Source of the DNA: Acidobacteriaceae bacterium
GTDB taxonomy: Bacteria > Acidobacteriota > Terriglobia > Terriglobales > Acidobacteriaceae
Reading direction: 5' to 3'
Length of the DNA stretch: 64,000 bases
NCBI GenBank assembly: GCA_025355505.1
Contig: JANXZM010000009.1
Location: forward strand, 45,083-109,082
Notes under the pieces: generated by a model
The model's database searches: none
Told to the model about the DNA's origin: nothing
What the model saw: only the letters and a program-made list of their open reading frames with translations
Shown: one piece after another, positions 38,410-47,553 of the stretch
Layout: each line of letters starts with the position of its first letter
Numbering within the stretch: position 1 is the stretch's first letter
Position numbers and translations under genes: made by a program

Positions 38410-39015
38410 TCAGTGCGCCATATTCAACAGAGTAAACGCTACCAGCAGGAAAATACCAACGACACTGGCCCCAAGAGCTGCGTACTCGGAAACGTCCATA
38501 AGTACTTTGCGCCGCTTAGCCTTCGCGTCTGCCGCCTTGCTTGCGGCTTCCCACCGCCCAGCATTGCCTTCTGAGATTCTTATCTCTTCGTCTCTGTCGA
38601 GTGGTTGCCCAGAGTACCTGTCCAATATCGTGTCGCGAAGATTTCTCATTGCATCTGCGTCGGCCCTCTGGTGCTCAGCCTTCTTGCGCATGTAGATTTC
38701 GAAGGATTGGTACCAAGGCAGCAGCGGTGCGAAGTAGTTTCTGCTGAATGAGGCCACCATCCCCACCGCCAGCATGCCCCACGCAGCTTCAATAACACTC
38801 GAAGCGCGGGCGACGCCGTGGCTGGGGGCGAAGTAACCTAGCACCGTGGCACTTGACGCCAGAGCACCGCCGTTCAACAGTGCCAACTTCTCGAAGAAGG
38901 CGATGTGCTGTTCCTTGTAGTGAGTGCCCGCCGCGTCCAACTGCTCCCTCGCATGGGCGATAGCTTCCCCAGCATCTTTCACCTTCAGGTAATGTGGGTC
39001 GTTTGCGCCATCCAT
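38410..39015 (-). CDS. Hypothetical membrane protein (3 predicted TM helices)
   Basis: 201-aa ORF. Hydrophobic segments are LALLNGGALASSATVLGYFA, AAWGMLAVGMVASFS and AALGASVVGIFLLVAFTLLNM. I recognise no family. Confidence 0.5.
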   Translation of the reverse strand: MDGANDPHYLKVKDAGEAIAHAREQLDAAGTHYKEQHIAFFEKLALLNGGALASSATVLGYFAPSHGVARASSVIEAAWGMLAVGMVASFSRNYFAPLLPWYQSFEIYMRKKAEHQRADADAMRNLRDTILDRYSGQPLDRDEEIRISEGNAGRWEAASKAADAKAKRRKVLMDVSEYAALGASVVGIFLLVAFTLLNMAH

Positions 39016-39152
39016 GTGCGGGATTGTAACTCTTAAAAGGGCACCATGAGCATGACCTTGTGTCTACCATAGATGTGCAGCGGGGAGTGGGCGTACATCG
39101 CGCCCGTGATTCGCTACCCCTACGGGTTGACAGAGGATTTAGAATTACGTGC

Positions 39153-39326
39153 ATGACAAGCTACGTTAGAGTGGAGGTTCCCGCATCTCGACACAACGCT
39201 GTGACCGCTGGTGGTAATGGCGCGGTATTCCGTGACCGCGACAGCGCCGAAAAGTTCAAGAAAGGCTTGATTGAATCTCACGAGTACCTCGAAGATGACA
39301 TTTGGCTAACCACGGCCTCGGAGTGA
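39153..39326 (+). CDS. Possible small hypothetical protein (57 aa)
   Basis: In-frame ATG inside ORF 39060..39326: MTSYVRVEVPASRHNAVTAGGNGAVFRDRDSAEKFKKGLIESHEYLEDDIWLTTASE. No family recognised. Confidence 0.3.
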   Translation: MTSYVRVEVPASRHNAVTAGGNGAVFRDRDSAEKFKKGLIESHEYLEDDIWLTTASE

Positions 39327-39345
39327 TGTCGCGGGAGGGTAGTTT

Positions 39346-39708
39346 ATGAAGTGCATCATCTTTCTACTGCTGACGATGACGGGGTGGGCACTCGCCGCCG
39401 ATTTCCAGCAGGCTAAAGTCCTAGACGTGCGCGTCGCAACCGTGCCGAACAATTCCGCGCTTGGACGCTGGGCTGCGAGTGACGGCGGATCGGCAATCAT
39501 CCCAAGCACCGTGAACACGATCACAGTGACGCTTTCGCTCGGGGATCTTGTCTATACGGCTCAATACCGGGAGCAACGACACTTCAAAGCGTCAGACCTT
39601 GTGATTGGCGACTCCACTCCGGCGCGCGTTGACGGCGACAAGCTGATTCTCAAAGGATCAGACGGAAAAGAAGTCAAAGGAAAGATTCTACGCAAGGCGC
39701 GCAGCTAG
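39346..39708 (+). CDS. Small secreted protein, unknown function
   Basis: 120-aa ORF with a clear signal peptide (MKCIIFLLLTMTGWALAADF) and a beta-rich mature part. Confidence 0.55.
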   Translation: MKCIIFLLLTMTGWALAADFQQAKVLDVRVATVPNNSALGRWAASDGGSAIIPSTVNTITVTLSLGDLVYTAQYREQRHFKASDLVIGDSTPARVDGDKLILKGSDGKEVKGKILRKARS

Positions 39709-39736
39709 TTCAGTAAGAGGTTGAACAAGAGGCATT

Positions 39737-40135
39737 ATGAGGAACGTCACTTTTCTGCTGCTGACGGTCTCGGCGCTCGCCGCGCAACCCCCGAAAGTCT
39801 TCATCGGGGATCAAATCACGTACCATGAGGGTGGCTTCATTTCCGCTGCGAATGGAAATGCCGTCGGAACTATTCAGGCTTCAACGCGGGGTAACACCGA
39901 ACAGGTGAAGACGCTGAACAAGGTGTGCCCGGATGTCGTTATCGTGAACAGGCAGGAAGGCGCAGACTTCGTAGTCTCATGGGAGTCGCGCACCTATCAG
40001 GAAACGCCGTGGGGCAGCCATCAGCAGGAATTCGCGGTGTACAAGGCAAACGGAGAACTCGTCGGCAGTGGCGCTACCCACAAGATAGGAAACGCCGGTA
40101 AAGAAGTCTGCAAGATCATTACTGCGAAGAAATAG
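39737..40135 (+). CDS. Small secreted protein, unknown function
   Basis: 132-aa ORF with a signal peptide (MRNVTFLLLTVSALAAQP), starting 29 nt after the previous gene. Confidence 0.55.
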   Translation: MRNVTFLLLTVSALAAQPPKVFIGDQITYHEGGFISAANGNAVGTIQASTRGNTEQVKTLNKVCPDVVIVNRQEGADFVVSWESRTYQETPWGSHQQEFAVYKANGELVGSGATHKIGNAGKEVCKIITAKK

Positions 40136-40220
40136 GCCCCTTCACGATCTAAGGGCAAGCAGTGGGACAGGCGTCTGGATTGGCTTCGCTCGTCCTTCCC
40201 TGTAAGATTTCCTCCGACCC

Positions 40221-43037
40221 ATGCCCACCTTCTATCAGCGGTTTCAGGAATCGGCCCGCAAGTTCCCCGACAACATTGCGCTTGAGATTCAGCGGCAGCA
40301 GACGGTGGAGCGGGTTACGTTTGCGGAGTTGACCCGGATGTCGGAGAGCGTGGCGCACTGGCTCTCGGCGCGAGTTCCCCGGGATGCGCGCGTCGCGATT
40401 CTGGCGGCGAACCATCCGCGGTGGGTGGCGGCTTATTTAGGGATCATCGCCGCCGGCAGAACGGCGGTTCCGCTCGACACGGCTTTCCACGCTGACCAGG
40501 TGAAGAAGTTGTTGATCGACAGCGGCGCTTCCCTGTTGTTCTGCGATGTGAAGCATCTTCCGGTGGCAATGGAAGCGGTCGAGGGAATCAACGTACTTCT
40601 GGTGATGACGTCGGCGGCGGACGAACAAAATCTGGCGCCCACGAAAGCAAGCGCACCCAACGTCGTCCCCCAATTCGCAGCCGATCTCGATTCCATCTTC
40701 GCCGCCGGTCCCGCCGAGTTTCAGCCTATCGTCCCCGCTGAGAGCGATCTCGCGGCGCTGCTCTACACCTCGGGCACCACCGCCGATCCGAAGGGCGTCA
40801 TGCTCACCCACGCCAACCTTGTCGGTGAGGCGAATTCCGTGCTCGCCGTGATCAAGATCGACTCTACCGATGCGCTCCTCGGAATTCTCCCGATGTTTCA
40901 CGTCCTTGCGCAGATGGCCAATCTTTTCCTGCCGCTGTTTAATGGCGCGCGCGTCGTGTACCTCGAAACCCTGAACACCACCGAATTGCTGCGCGCTTTG
41001 CAGGAACGCAATATCACCGTGTTTTGCGTTGTGCCGCAGTTTTATTACCTGATTCACGAAAAGATTTTCAAGGAACTGAACAAGCGCGGCAAGCTTACGA
41101 TGCGACTGGTGCGCACCCTGATGGCGCTCAATCGTGCACTGCGCCGGGTTGGAGTGAACGCCGGCAAACTCTTCTTTGGCAAGATTCACGCCACCTTCGG
41201 TCCGCGCATGAGGTATCTGGTGACCGGAGGTTCCCGATTCGATCCCGCCATCGTCCGCGACTTTTACTCTTTCGGCATCGACGTTCTGAACGCCTACGGC
41301 CTCACCGAAACTACGGGCGGCGCCTTCCTCAACCCTCCGGGGCACGTAGTATTTGGCTCTGTAGGACAGCCCTTTCCCGGCGTCGAAGCAAAGATCGTGG
41401 ACCCGCAACCGGTGGAAGAAGGCGCACCGCCGGCGGGCGAAATAGCGATCCGCGGCGCGATTGTGATGAAGGGATATTGGAATCGCCCGCAGGCCACGGC
41501 GGAGGTGCTGCGCGACGGCTGGTTCTACACTGGAGATCTCGGCTACTTCGATTCCCGCGGCAATCTCTTCATCACCGGGCGGCGCAAGGAAGTCATCGTG
41601 CTCGCCAATGGAAAAAATGTTTATCCCGAGGAGGTCGAAGCGCACTACCTCCAGGCACAGTACGTGAAAGAGATTTGCGTGATGGCGCTGGAGGCCCGTC
41701 CGGGAGATCCAACCTCAGAGCGGCTGCATGCCGTGGTCGTGCCCAACTTTGAACGGCTGCGCGAGCGCAGGATCGTCAACTCAAAAGAGGCGATCCGCTT
41801 CGACATTGAAGCGCTCTCCCACAAGATCGCTTCCACCAAACGTCTGGGAAGTTATGACATCTGGCAGGAAGACCTGCCGCGCACCACGACCCGCAAATTG
41901 AAGCGCTTCCAAATTGAAAAGAAGGTTCGGGACCTCAAGCAAAACGGGAGCAGTGGCAATGCCGACATTGGCGCAGAGAAGCCGCTAACCGACGACGAGC
42001 AATCGTGGCTGGAGCGTGAGGATGTGAAGCGCGCCCTCGCCATCGTGCGCGAGACTTCGCGCAACCAGCTCGACGCGATTCGTCCCACGCACAATCTGGA
42101 GCTCGACCTGGGACTTGATTCCATGCAGCGCGTTGAATTGCTGACCGCGATCGAGCAGCAACTGGGCGGCAATGTGCCCGAGTCACAACTGGCGGAAGTT
42201 TACTCCGTGCGCGACCTGGTCGATGCCGTTCTTACGAGCGCGAGCCGCGGCGAGGGGCAAGCCAGCGCGGCGACACCGGCGTGGTCGACAATTTTGAGCG
42301 AGCCGGTGAACGATCCCGAGGTTCTCGCACTTGCGCGCCACAATACTTTTGCTGAAGTCTCTTTCTTTCTGCTGGGGCGGCTCGTTTATGTTTTCGCGCT
42401 CGACCGCTTTCACTTGAAAACGCGCGGACTTGAAAATCTTCCCGAAAAAGGCCCCTACCTTCTCTGTTCGAATCACCAGAGCTATATCGATCCGCTGGTG
42501 CTGGCGGCGGCTCTGCCTTGGCGCGTGTTTCGCGATACCTTTGCGCTGGGCACGAGCGACATTTTCGGCAAAGGATTCATGCGCCGGCTGGCGCGCTGGC
42601 TTCGCGTCGTCGTCCTCGATCCGGACGCGAACCTGGTTCCGGCCATGCGCGGCGGAGCCTTCGGCCTCAGCCAGGGACGCATTTTGATTCTCTATCCCGA
42701 GGGTGAGCGCACCAACGATGGCAGCCCGACCGTATTCCGCAAGGGTGCCGCGATTCTCTCGATCCACGCGCAAGCCCCGATTGTCCCGATCGCGATCGAG
42801 GGCTTCTACGCAGCCTGGCCACGCCATAAAAAGTTTCCGAAGTTTACCCATCTGCAACTGGTATTCGGTAAACCGATTCAACCTCCACCGCTGAGCGAGG
42901 CGAGCGAAGCTGCGTATGAAGGACTGACGTCGGAGTTGAAGTCCAGAGTGGTGGCGATGTGGCAAGAATTGCGAGAGAAAAGCTCGCGCGGGCAGGAAGA
43001 GAATTCGAAAAGTTCGGCGCTGGCTGATACCCGTTAA
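40221..43037 (+). CDS. Tri-domain fusion: acyl-AMP/acyl-CoA synthetase-like ligase + phosphopantetheine carrier domain + PlsC-type lysophospholipid acyltransferase
   Basis: 938-aa ORF. AMP-binding cores LLYTSGTTADPKGVMLTH, YGLTETTG and GWFYTGDLGYFDSRGNLFITGRRKE; carrier motif LGLDSMQRVELL; acyltransferase HX4D (NHQSYIDP) and YPEGERT. Confidence 0.85.
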   Translation: MPTFYQRFQESARKFPDNIALEIQRQQTVERVTFAELTRMSESVAHWLSARVPRDARVAILAANHPRWVAAYLGIIAAGRTAVPLDTAFHADQVKKLLIDSGASLLFCDVKHLPVAMEAVEGINVLLVMTSAADEQNLAPTKASAPNVVPQFAADLDSIFAAGPAEFQPIVPAESDLAALLYTSGTTADPKGVMLTHANLVGEANSVLAVIKIDSTDALLGILPMFHVLAQMANLFLPLFNGARVVYLETLNTTELLRALQERNITVFCVVPQFYYLIHEKIFKELNKRGKLTMRLVRTLMALNRALRRVGVNAGKLFFGKIHATFGPRMRYLVTGGSRFDPAIVRDFYSFGIDVLNAYGLTETTGGAFLNPPGHVVFGSVGQPFPGVEAKIVDPQPVEEGAPPAGEIAIRGAIVMKGYWNRPQATAEVLRDGWFYTGDLGYFDSRGNLFITGRRKEVIVLANGKNVYPEEVEAHYLQAQYVKEICVMALEARPGDPTSERLHAVVVPNFERLRERRIVNSKEAIRFDIEALSHKIASTKRLGSYDIWQEDLPRTTTRKLKRFQIEKKVRDLKQNGSSGNADIGAEKPLTDDEQSWLEREDVKRALAIVRETSRNQLDAIRPTHNLELDLGLDSMQRVELLTAIEQQLGGNVPESQLAEVYSVRDLVDAVLTSASRGEGQASAATPAWSTILSEPVNDPEVLALARHNTFAEVSFFLLGRLVYVFALDRFHLKTRGLENLPEKGPYLLCSNHQSYIDPLVLAAALPWRVFRDTFALGTSDIFGKGFMRRLARWLRVVVLDPDANLVPAMRGGAFGLSQGRILILYPEGERTNDGSPTVFRKGAAILSIHAQAPIVPIAIEGFYAAWPRHKKFPKFTHLQLVFGKPIQPPPLSEASEAAYEGLTSELKSRVVAMWQELREKSSRGQEENSKSSALADTR

Positions 43038-43055
43038 CCTTACACGGCAGTGATC

Positions 43056-43964
43056 TCACGCCCCCGCGCCCATGGCTTGCCCGCTCAAGATTTTCGTGAG
43101 GGCGTCCACGACGCCGCTGTGAAACTTCTGGCCTGCTCCCGCCACAATCTCTTGCTGCGCCTGGTAAGGCGACAGAGCCTTGCCGTTAGCGCCGCTGATC
43201 AATTTCTGGTACGCATCCGCCACCGCCAGAATGTGAGCCTCGATCGGAACGTTGACCGCACGCGCTCCTTGATCCTGCAAAATCTGCTGCGCCACGATAA
43301 TTGGAATCACCCGCCGCAGCGAAGTTCCAACCGCTTGGGTGCGCGCATCGGCCTTGCGGGACTTGCCGAAACTCGCCACCACTTCGTCGCGGCTCATATC
43401 GGCCGCCTTGTAGAGAATGTCGTTCGTGATGCCGAGTTTGCTCAGATCCCGCAGCAACACCGCGGATCGCAGCAACTCGATGCGATCCGAACCCAGGCCC
43501 ATCGCCTCCGCCATTCTTGTCGACGCTTCCACCAATCGCTGGTTTTCACCTACGCCGAGCTTCTCGTTGGCCATGAAGTGTTGCAGGACCAGCAGCAGCC
43601 CGCTGAAACTTTCCCGGATGTCGGCGGTCATCGCCTGTTTGCGCTCGTACAGGGTACCCATCACGTAACCGACAACCACCAAAACCCCTGCCCAGATGGC
43701 AAAGTTGAACAGCCGCTCCCCTGGCAACGACAGCACCCGATGTCCGGGCATCATGTTGTTCAGGAAGTCCAGCAGAACGACCAGGAATACGCAGGCGAAC
43801 GCGGTGAGCGTCGCGTGCCGGCGTCCGAAGTAGTACGCCGAATATAAAGTCGGAAGAAAGTAAAAGCAGAGCGCCATAGGCAGCGACTGCGCGAAGAATT
43901 GCACCGTTGCCGCAATCAGGAACAGCGACAGCAGCAGAATACTTTCCTTGGCGATTTTACTCAT
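43056..43964 (-). CDS. Membrane protein with a degenerate (probably non-catalytic) HD-GYP-like domain
   Basis: 302-aa ORF with 4-5 N-terminal TM helices. The C-terminal domain aligns by eye to HD-GYP, but HD is replaced (LLRDLSKLG versus LLHDIGKIG) and the HHE/GYP motifs are absent. The tail ILAVADAYQKLISG...KALSPYQAQQEI is retained. Confidence 0.55.
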   Translation of the reverse strand: MSKIAKESILLLSLFLIAATVQFFAQSLPMALCFYFLPTLYSAYYFGRRHATLTAFACVFLVVLLDFLNNMMPGHRVLSLPGERLFNFAIWAGVLVVVGYVMGTLYERKQAMTADIRESFSGLLLVLQHFMANEKLGVGENQRLVEASTRMAEAMGLGSDRIELLRSAVLLRDLSKLGITNDILYKAADMSRDEVVASFGKSRKADARTQAVGTSLRRVIPIIVAQQILQDQGARAVNVPIEAHILAVADAYQKLISGANGKALSPYQAQQEIVAGAGQKFHSGVVDALTKILSGQAMGAGA

Positions 43965-44513
43965 CGGTTGTTGTCCCGGTTCATGGTTTCAATCGTCCAG
44001 CTTCGTCTGCGCGAACGAGGAAACCCCTGCTGCCATGTTGAAGCACGCAAGTGTCGGAGGAAAGTTACCGGGGTAACGGCGTTTTTTTTCAAAGCGGCGC
44101 CTGGGAATTCTCCCGGTTCGGCCAAGTCTTCCACCTATTTACTGCGAAGGTAATAACCGGTGAGGTAGGGTACCCCCCTCCCCCCCTGCCTATTGGAATC
44201 ATGGGGTTAGGAGGAATTTTCTGTCATGGTCTTTGAATCTAAAGGACTTACAGCTAAAGTCTTTGATAACAAAAGACTTAGCTGTGATTTGCTGCGCTTG
44301 GTTGTCAAAGAGCGCCCCAAAATGGGAATTGGGCGGCTTCGGTGGCCGTCTTCGGTTCCTCTCGGGAGACGGACGCACCTCGACCCTGTCCTGAGCTGAG
44401 GTTATTGTCGCGCATGGCGGAGTGGGTGTCTGTGATGGGCGTCACAGATGGTTGTGATGAAAAAAGGTCAGGCCAGATTGCGGAAGTGGGAACGCTCGCG
44501 GAGCCCACTCCTG

Positions 44514-44542
44514 GCAAAGAACGCGATGAGTGGGGCACCCGG
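44514..44542. repeat. Second copy of repeat family D
   Basis: gcaaagaacgcgatgagtggggcacccgg; compare 20498-20524. Confidence 0.45.
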
Positions 44543-44634
44543 CCGAATTACACCTCTTGCCAAGGTGCGGCAGTGTCCTGGTGATTATCTGATTCAGTCC
44601 AGGTGGGCAAGACTGGATGCTCGGAAGGGGCGAC

Positions 44635-44701
44635 CCTCGGCGGCTAAAGCCGGCGGAATTGAGCGCCTAGATCGCAGCGGTAAACCGCTGCGCCACCCAA
44701 A
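44635..44701 (+). repeat. REP element, copy 1 (hairpin GCAGCGGT-AA-ACCGCTGC)
   Basis: cctcggcggctaaagccggcggaattgagcgcctagatcgcagcggtaaaccgctgcgccacccaaag is nearly identical to 45380-45449. Confidence 0.85.
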
Positions 44702-44856
44702 GTCAAGTGCACACCGACTTTTTCCGCGGCCTACTAAAGCCGCACATAGAGCAATGCTGTTATCTCGGCGCTGAAGCGCTGCGCTGTCCAAAATTAGGTC
44801 CAACACCGGGCCTTTCCGGTTTGTGCCGAAACGGGACCACCATCAGCGTCCGAACC

Positions 44857-44927
44857 GCTTTTGGGTGGCGCAGCGGTTTACCGCTGCGATACCCTCGTGA
44901 TTGAGAGACGGCTTTAGCCGCTGAGGT
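44857..44927 (-). repeat. REP element, copy 2, inverted orientation, more diverged
   Basis: gcttttgggtggcgcagcggtttaccgctgcgat...ggctttagccgctgagg is the reverse complement of the REP consensus. It ends 6 nt before the RAYT start. Confidence 0.8.
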
Positions 44928-44932
44928 CCTCG

Positions 44933-45415
44933 ATGGCTGCTCCGCACAGAGGTACCACTGGATCCGGAACTTACTTCATCACGGCGGGCACATTTCAGAA
45001 GCAGCAATTACTTCAATCCGACAGGATGGCGCAGTTATTACTTGATGTTCTCCTAGGCTACCGATCGCAAGAGAAATATCTGCTGCATGAATTTGTGCTG
45101 ATGCCCGATCACTTTCATCTTCTAATCACTCCGCTTTTGACTCTGGAGCGGGCGCTGCAACTTATCAAAGGCGGCTTTTCTTTTCGAGCAAAGAAGGAAC
45201 TCGGCTTTGGCGGCGAGATCTGGGAGAAAAGTTTCTATGATCGACGGGTGCGAGATTGGGGGGAATACTCGGCATTCCGGCAATACATTCATCGGAATCC
45301 GGTGAAGAAAGGACTGGCATTGGTTCCTGAGGAATATCCGTATGGCTCTGCAAGAACTGGTATGGCGCTGGATGCAGTCCCTCGGCGGCTAAAGCCGGAG
45401 GAATTGAGCGCCTAG
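44933..45415 (+). CDS. REP-associated tyrosine transposase (RAYT, IS200/IS605 Y1-transposase-like)
   Basis: 160-aa ORF: GSGTYFITAGTFQKQQLL...YLLHEFVLMPDHFHLLITP (HUH motif) ...FYDRRVRDWGEYSAFRQYIHRNPVKKGL (catalytic Tyr region). Flanked by inverted REPs. Confidence 0.85.
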   Translation: MAAPHRGTTGSGTYFITAGTFQKQQLLQSDRMAQLLLDVLLGYRSQEKYLLHEFVLMPDHFHLLITPLLTLERALQLIKGGFSFRAKKELGFGGEIWEKSFYDRRVRDWGEYSAFRQYIHRNPVKKGLALVPEEYPYGSARTGMALDAVPRRLKPEELSA

Positions 45416-45449
45416 ATCGCAGCGGTAAACCGCTGCGCCACCCAAAAGC
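45380..45449 (+). repeat. REP element, copy 3; it overlaps and supplies the last ~12 codons and the stop of the RAYT gene
   Basis: cctcggcggctaaagccggaggaattgagcgcctagatcgcagcggtaaaccgctgcgccacccaaaagc. Confidence 0.85.
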
Positions 45450-45550
45450 GGCTCAACCCAAAATCTGGCTACACAAAATTTGCGTCAACCAGAAGGAGGC
45501 TTGGACGCAAACGGCTCGGACGCTCATGATTGTCCCGTCTCGGTAGCACG

Positions 45551-46486
45551 TTACTTTGCCCGAGGATGCGTCTGATCGTAAACGTTCATCACGTGCTTGA
45601 CCGAAAGCTGCGTGTAGCGTTGCGTGGTCGCCAGCCGCTCATGCCCGAGCAGTTCCTGGATAGCGCGCAGGTCCGCTCCTTCCTCCAGCATGTGCGTGCC
45701 GAAGGCGTGGCGCAGAGTGTGCGGATGAACGTCTGGCGACATACCCTTGGCAACCGCGATTCGCTTGACGATGCGCCCTACGCTGCGCGTCGTCAGCCGT
45801 CCGCCGCGCTGGTTGATGAGCAGCGCGGGCATGCCTTTCACGGGCATCGACTTCTTCGGCGTGTTTTTCAGCGTGACGAGCAGTTGTTGGCGCCACGGCA
45901 GATAGACCGAAAGCGCCGCCAGCGCCGACCCTCCGAATGGAACGTAGCGTTCTTTCTTCCCTTTGCCACGAATCAGAATCGCTTCGTTACTAAGGCTGAT
46001 GTCATCGAGGTTGATGCCGACCAGTTCCGAGTTGCGAATGCCGCAGCCGTAAAGCAGTTCGAACATCAGACGATCGCGCTCTGGAAACGATGCCACCTCG
46101 GGCATTTTGCCGTCGAGCACAAAATTCATTTCTTCAATCGTCGGAACACGCGGCAGTTTCTTCGGCAACCGTGGCGTCGAAACCAGCTTCGCCGGATTCC
46201 GCTCGACCACGCCCTCCTGCGCCAGCCACCGATAAAGCGAGCGCACCGCGGCCAGCGCCCGGGCGACGGAAATCTTGCTCAACCCTTTCTCGTAGAGATG
46301 CGAGAGGAAACCGCGGATCGCAATATGGTCGATCGTCTTCCAATCGCGCGATCCGATGTAAGCGGCAAAGCAGTCGAGATCTCCGGTGTAAGCCCTGATC
46401 GTGTGCACCGAAGCATTGCTCTCCCGCAAATGCCGCAGGAAGTCGTCGGTAGCGCGTTCGACGATGCTGCGAGGATGTTCGTTCAC
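45551..46486 (-). CDS. xerC: Tyrosine recombinase, XerC-like
   Basis: 311-aa ORF with the catalytic pattern R...K...[10 protein letters not shown]...[14 protein letters not shown] and a C-terminal HPRAK. Confidence 0.75.
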   Translation of the reverse strand: MNEHPRSIVERATDDFLRHLRESNASVHTIRAYTGDLDCFAAYIGSRDWKTIDHIAIRGFLSHLYEKGLSKISVARALAAVRSLYRWLAQEGVVERNPAKLVSTPRLPKKLPRVPTIEEMNFVLDGKMPEVASFPERDRLMFELLYGCGIRNSELVGINLDDISLSNEAILIRGKGKKERYVPFGGSALAALSVYLPWRQQLLVTLKNTPKKSMPVKGMPALLINQRGGRLTTRSVGRIVKRIAVAKGMSPDVHPHTLRHAFGTHMLEEGADLRAIQELLGHERLATTQRYTQLSVKHVMNVYDQTHPRAK

Positions 46487-46629
46487 AATGTGAACCTGCG
46501 GACGAAGAACAACTCGCCACGGGCACTCGGAGACACGGAGAACAATCTTTTCATGAACTCATTCTTAGGTTGCAGATTCATAAGATACAAGATCCCGCAC
46601 TCGCATTTCTATGTGCCTCCGTGGTGGAT

Positions 46630-47553
46630 TTATATCTTCGCCTTCGCCCGCGGATGATGCTTCGCGTAAACACTCTTCAGCCGGTCGAGCGCGACGTGGG
46701 TATAAATTTGCGTGGTCGAAATGTCGGAGTGGCCAAGGATGGTTTGCACTGTCCGGAGGTCGGCCCCATTCTCCACCATATGCGTTGCGCAGGAGTGCCG
46801 CAGCATGTGCGGACTGGCGTGGCGTCCCGAAGCAAGACTCGCTTTTCCAACCAACTGCCAGACGCGCTGCCGAGTGAGGCGGCGGCCTCCCGTGCCCAGG
46901 AACAAGAGCGGCGAACCTCTTTTCTTAGCCAGCGCTTCCCTGCCGCTTTTCAAGTAGCGCTGTAACGCTTGCTGGGCCGGCACTCCCAGGGGCACTATGC
47001 GCTCTTTGTCGCCCTTGCCGCGCACCAGGATGTATCCCATCTCCAGCTTCAGGTCTTCCAGCCGCGCGTCGGCAACTTCAGAAACACGCACGCCGCCAGC
47101 ATAAAGAAGTTCCAGCATGGCGCGATTGCGAAGAGCCAGCGCCTGCGAACGCGGACTATCGTTTGGCAACGGCGTTTCGGCCAGCATCGCCCCCACTTCA
47201 GCCCGGCTCAGCGCCTTGGGCAGCACCTTCCACTGCTTCGGCAAATCGATGTTCAGCGTCGGATCCTTGTCGATCTTTCCATCCAGCAGCAAATGCCGGT
47301 AAAGCTGCCGGATGGCCGAAAGCTTCCTTCCCACCGAGCGCCCGTCGAGTTGCCTCGAAAATAATTCCTGAATGTATTCGCGCACGTCTTCGCGCCGCGC
47401 TCCGCTCAAAACCTGATGACGCTGCTCAAGAAATTCCACGAACTGCGCCAGATCGCTGGTATAGGCCGCAATCGTCAACTTCGCGGACCCGCGCTCCACC
47501 CGCAGGTAGTCAAGGAAGGCGGAGAGCGTCCAAGCGTTGGCATCTGAGGCCAT
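46630..47553 (-). CDS. xerD: Tyrosine recombinase, XerD-like
   Basis: 307-aa ORF with HMLRHSCATHMVENGADLRTVQTILGHSDISTTQIYTHV and HHPRAK. Confidence 0.75.
   Translation of the reverse strand: MASDANAWTLSAFLDYLRVERGSAKLTIAAYTSDLAQFVEFLEQRHQVLSGARREDVREYIQELFSRQLDGRSVGRKLSAIRQLYRHLLLDGKIDKDPTLNIDLPKQWKVLPKALSRAEVGAMLAETPLPNDSPRSQALALRNRAMLELLYAGGVRVSEVADARLEDLKLEMGYILVRGKGDKERIVPLGVPAQQALQRYLKSGREALAKKRGSPLLFLGTGGRRLTRQRVWQLVGKASLASGRHASPHMLRHSCATHMVENGADLRTVQTILGHSDISTTQIYTHVALDRLKSVYAKHHPRAKAKI

Noticed and set aside
44233-44290. AAAGACTTA / AAAGTCTTT direct and inverted repeats (tctaaaggacttacagctaaagtctttgataacaaaagacttagctg)
   Set aside because: There is a single locus in this window. 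It is probably another short REP-like hairpin, but without a second copy I cannot support a family or function.
45530-46657. 375-aa plus-strand ORF over xerC; likewise 15061..16005 (+), 40437..41645 (-), 54752..55738 (-) and 49612..50565 (-)
   Set aside because: All are antisense to genes with strong motif support and have Arg/His-rich featureless translations.
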